From contig CP011214.1 of NCBI GenBank assembly GCA_001029755.1, forward strand, positions 365,767-429,766: a stretch of DNA of 64,000 bases, in the 5' to 3' direction. Shown piece after piece: positions 60,987 to 64,000 of the stretch (positions are counted from its first letter, which is position 1; each line of letters begins with the position of its first letter). Both the position numbers and the translations under genes were made by a program. The stretch comes from Candidatus Woesebacteria bacterium GW2011_GWF1_31_35. GTDB lineage: Bacteria > Patescibacteriota > Microgenomatia > UBA8517. The notes beneath the pieces are model-generated. The model saw nothing but the letters and a program-made list of their open reading frames with translations. It searched no databases and had not been told where the DNA came from.

Positions 60987-62266
60987 TGGATTATAAATTA
61001 AAAAGGCTTGAAAATGGACTTCGGGTTTTAACAGTTTCCATGCCTTCTTTAGAATCAGCGACTTTAACTGTTTGGGTTAAAGTAGGATCAAGAAATGAAG
61101 AGAAAAAAATAAATGGAATAAGTCATTTTTTAGAACATATGGCTTTTAAGGGAAGCAAAAAAAGACCAAGTGCAAAAAAAATATCAGAAGTAATTGATTC
61201 AATAGGTGGAGAATTTAATGCTGCTACATCTAAAGACTGGACAAATTTTTATGTTAAGGCAAGAGCTTCTAAATTAGAAGTTTCCTATGACGTTCTATCA
61301 GATATGATAATTAATCCAATACTAGATTCTAGTGAGATAGAGAGAGAAAAAGGAACAATTATTGAGGAATTAAGAATGTATGAAGATACACCAATGATTA
61401 AAATAGGGGATGTTTTTGAAAGCTTAATTTTTAAAGGCAACTCACTAGGTTGGGAAATAGGTGGAGAAGAAAAAACAGTTAGAAATATTAAAAGAGATGA
61501 CTTTGTAAGATATAGAAAATCACATTATATTACAGATAATATCATCTTAACTGTTGCTGGTGGTGTCACAGATCAAAAAGCATTTGAATTGAGTAATAAA
61601 TATTTCTCTACTTTAGAAAAAAATATATCAAAAAAATCCCTTGAGATAGATCAATTCAAAGTTATCCAAAACAAACCTCAGATAAAACTTTATTCAAAGA
61701 AAAAGGAACAAGCCCATTTTATTATGGGGTTTTTAGGGGATGGAAGAGGGTATAAAAATAGGTTTGCACAAGGAGTTCTTTCTGCAATTTTAGGCGGGGG
61801 AATGAGCAGTAGATTATTTATCGAGGTTAGAGAAAGAAGAGGTCTTGCCTATGCTGTTAGAACTTCAATCGATAGATATCTTGAAACTGGTTATATTGGA
61901 ACTTATGTTGGAGCTGATATAACAAAGGCTGATGAAGCTGTAAAAGTAGTACTTGATGAACATTATAAACTAACAAAACCAAACAGTGTTTCTTTTGAAA
62001 AGGAAGTTATTAAGGCTAAAGAGTATCTTAAGGGTCATTTAGCGCTAGCCTTAGAAGATACTAGAGATGTAGGTAGTTTTTTTGGTGAACAGGAACTATT
62101 TTTAAAAGAAATAAAAACTCCTGAGGAAATTTTTAAATTAATCGATAAAGTAACACCCGAAGATTGTATATATGAAGCTAAAAGATTGTTTGTCCCAGAA
62201 CATCTCAATCTTGCCATAATTGGACCTTACAAAAATGATGAAAAGTTTGCTAAAATATTAAAATAA
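60986..62266 (+). CDS. M16 (insulinase/pitrilysin) family zinc peptidase
   Basis: Inverted zinc motif HFLEHMAFKGS (HxxEH). Confidence 0.8.
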   Translation: MDYKLKRLENGLRVLTVSMPSLESATLTVWVKVGSRNEEKKINGISHFLEHMAFKGSKKRPSAKKISEVIDSIGGEFNAATSKDWTNFYVKARASKLEVSYDVLSDMIINPILDSSEIEREKGTIIEELRMYEDTPMIKIGDVFESLIFKGNSLGWEIGGEEKTVRNIKRDDFVRYRKSHYITDNIILTVAGGVTDQKAFELSNKYFSTLEKNISKKSLEIDQFKVIQNKPQIKLYSKKKEQAHFIMGFLGDGRGYKNRFAQGVLSAILGGGMSSRLFIEVRERRGLAYAVRTSIDRYLETGYIGTYVGADITKADEAVKVVLDEHYKLTKPNSVSFEKEVIKAKEYLKGHLALALEDTRDVGSFFGEQELFLKEIKTPEEIFKLIDKVTPEDCIYEAKRLFVPEHLNLAIIGPYKNDEKFAKILK

Positions 62267-62274
62267 ATTTAAAC

Positions 62275-62745
62275 ATGATGGAAAAAACTGTAGTTTTAAT
62301 TAAACCAGATGGACTTCAAAGAGGTCTTGTGGGGGAAATAATGCATAGGTTTGAAAGAAAAGGATTAAAGCTTGTTGGAATTAAAATGATTAGATTAACT
62401 GATCAAATTTTAGATGATTGGTATTCACATCATAAAGATAAAGCTTTCTTTAAAGACTTAAAAAGTTTTATGGAATGGACTCCGGTTGTTGCCATGTTAT
62501 GGCAAGGACTTGATGCAATTTCTGCCGTAAGAAAAGTTGTTGGAATTACCAAGGCAAGAGAGGCAGAAGCAGGCTCAATTAGAGGGGATTTTGGTATGAG
62601 TGGATCACAAAACATTATTCATGCATCGGATTCGATGGAATCAGCAGAGAAAGAATTAGGACTTATATTTAATGGAGATGAAATTTTTGATTATAATAGT
62701 TCAATGGATCTTCTAATCTATTCTAAAGATGAAGTTGTAAGTTGA
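62275..62745 (+). CDS. ndk: Nucleoside diphosphate kinase
   Basis: VLIKPDG...GEIMHRFERKG...NIIHASDS, with the active-site His. Confidence 0.85.
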   Translation: MMEKTVVLIKPDGLQRGLVGEIMHRFERKGLKLVGIKMIRLTDQILDDWYSHHKDKAFFKDLKSFMEWTPVVAMLWQGLDAISAVRKVVGITKAREAEAGSIRGDFGMSGSQNIIHASDSMESAEKELGLIFNGDEIFDYNSSMDLLIYSKDEVVS

Positions 62746-62865
62746 TTACTCACATTAAGTCTGCGTATGAAGTGATTCTGAAGGTAGAACAATTAAAAAT
62801 ATATAATTACTGACTTCATTTGACATGTATATTAAGTTCTTGTATAATATACAATATCGTATACT

Positions 62866-63396
62866 ATGAACAAACTCATACCATTATTAAAATCAAAACA
62901 AGTCTTATTCCATACCCAAGATATAGCTTTGTTGTGGGGAATTAAAAATAGGCAAACTCTAAGAATGACAATTTCCCGTTATGTTAAGAAAGGAATCTTA
63001 AAAAGTGTTACAAGAGGATTATATTCAACAATTTCGGTTGAAGATTTAAATAAATATCAACTAGGAGCTTCACTAATTCATAGATTTAGTTATTTAAGTT
63101 GCGAATCAATTTTGGAACAAAATGGGGTTATTAATCAAAAAATATATACTCTGACTTATGTTTCTTCAATTTCGCAAAAAAGGGAACTAAATAATAGGTT
63201 ATTTGTATTTAGGCAGATGAATCCTCAATTTTTACTAAATCTGGAAGGAATTAGTTTTAAAGATGGAGTATATAAAGCAAGTTTGGAAAGAGCAGTTGCT
63301 GACTCTCAATATTTTAAATTGAATGTTTTTTTTGATAGCCCAGACCTGATAAACTGGGTTAGAGTGAATGAAATTAAAAAAACGGTAGGTTATTAA
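62866..63396 (+). CDS. AbiEi-like antitoxin / transcriptional regulator (putative)
   Basis: N-terminal wHTH-like region; lies 2 bp upstream of the AbiEii-like nucleotidyltransferase. Confidence 0.45.
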   Translation: MNKLIPLLKSKQVLFHTQDIALLWGIKNRQTLRMTISRYVKKGILKSVTRGLYSTISVEDLNKYQLGASLIHRFSYLSCESILEQNGVINQKIYTLTYVSSISQKRELNNRLFVFRQMNPQFLLNLEGISFKDGVYKASLERAVADSQYFKLNVFFDSPDLINWVRVNEIKKTVGY

Positions 63397-63398
63397 AT

Positions 63399-64000
63399 AT
63401 GATATTAATTAAACAGGCTGATATTTTGCACAAGTTTGAACTTCAAAAATTATTGATAGCAATAATTGATGACCAATTCATATCGCAAAATGTATATTTT
63501 AAAGGAGGTACTTGTGCCGAAATGTCAGGCTTTTTGGATAGATTTTCAATTGATCTAGATTTTGATATAAGAAAAGATATAGATAAAAGAATATTTAGAT
63601 TACATATAGATAAAATTGTTACTGAATTAGATTTGACTGACCAAAACAAAAATATCAAATCGCTTTTTTTTAACTTTAAATATAGAGCTCCAGAAAATCA
63701 CAGAAATACACTTAAATTGAGTTTCTATGATGATGCTGCAGTTTCAAATAGTTATGAAACACGATTTTTATCTGAGATTGATAGAGCAGTAGAATGTCAA
63801 ACCATTGAAACAATGTTTGCAAATAAACTTGTGGCGCCCATTGATAGACATAACAGGCATAACAAAGTTGTTGGCAGGGATATTTATGATATTCATTATT
63901 TTTTTTCACAAGGATATAAATTTAAGCAAGAAATAATTGAAGAAAGAACCGGTTTAGAGACGGGGGAATATATTAAAAGTTTAATAGTATTTATTGATGA
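63399..64000 (+). CDS. AbiEii/AbiGii-family nucleotidyltransferase toxin (DUF1814). The 3' end lies beyond the window.
   Basis: I translated from the ATG at 63399: MILIKQADILHKFELQKLLIAII...YFKGGTCAEMSGFLDRFSIDLDFD (GGT...DxD NTase motif). No stop occurs before the window end. Confidence 0.6.
   Translation, partial: MILIKQADILHKFELQKLLIAIIDDQFISQNVYFKGGTCAEMSGFLDRFSIDLDFDIRKDIDKRIFRLHIDKIVTELDLTDQNKNIKSLFFNFKYRAPENHRNTLKLSFYDDAAVSNSYETRFLSEIDRAVECQTIETMFANKLVAPIDRHNRHNKVVGRDIYDIHYFFSQGYKFKQEIIEERTGLETGEYIKSLIVFID

Overview
This window is a low-GC (~33%) bacterial chromosome segment with compact genes, consistent with a Candidate Phyla Radiation/Patescibacteria-type genome. That placement is inference, not a database hit. 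TGA is used as a stop codon (rho, comEC), so the genetic code is standard. The centre of the window (9.6-21.0 kb) is a 16S-tRNAIle-tRNAAla-23S-5S rRNA operon on the + strand. Nine group I introns expand it to ~11.4 kb: four in 16S and five in 23S. They are recognisable from the conserved R (cagagactaNacg) and S (aagatatagtcc) core elements, and six of them carry LAGLIDADG homing-endonuclease ORFs. Housekeeping genes flank the operon: rpsA, radA, rho, leuS, argS, ndk, comEA/comEC, an M23 peptidase, an M16 peptidase and a DedA-family protein. The 5' end (1-4.5 kb) looks like an integrated mobile element next to tRNA-Lys/tRNA-Glu. It contains an HUH rolling-circle Rep-like gene, a large serine recombinase, nested palindromes and an ORF interrupted by an in-frame TAG. 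The most unusual content is in the accessory cell-surface loci. (i) A minus-strand block at 32.7-44.5 kb encodes a clan GH-A glycoside hydrolase carrying a dockerin, a cohesin-like plus dockerin adaptor, a cohesin-like protein with an LPEAG sortase signal, an O-antigen-ligase/TPR protein and a 1892-aa giant protein. The giant protein has two cytoplasmic integrase-N-terminal-SAM-like domains fused through one TM helix to ~1600 aa of Gly/Thr/Ala-rich repeats. A sortase gene lies at 24.0 kb. (ii) A five-gene minus-strand locus (48.8-53.4 kb) encodes secreted or anchored proteins. Two of them share a C-terminal QPAGxY...[FY]TAIP motif that resembles WxL / SCPU-type pilin termini. (iii) A DUF4143 AAA ATPase gene sits between ~190-bp direct repeats that duplicate the 3' end of the upstream gene. 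(iv) Fic and AbiEi/AbiEii toxin-type genes are present. No CRISPR array is present.
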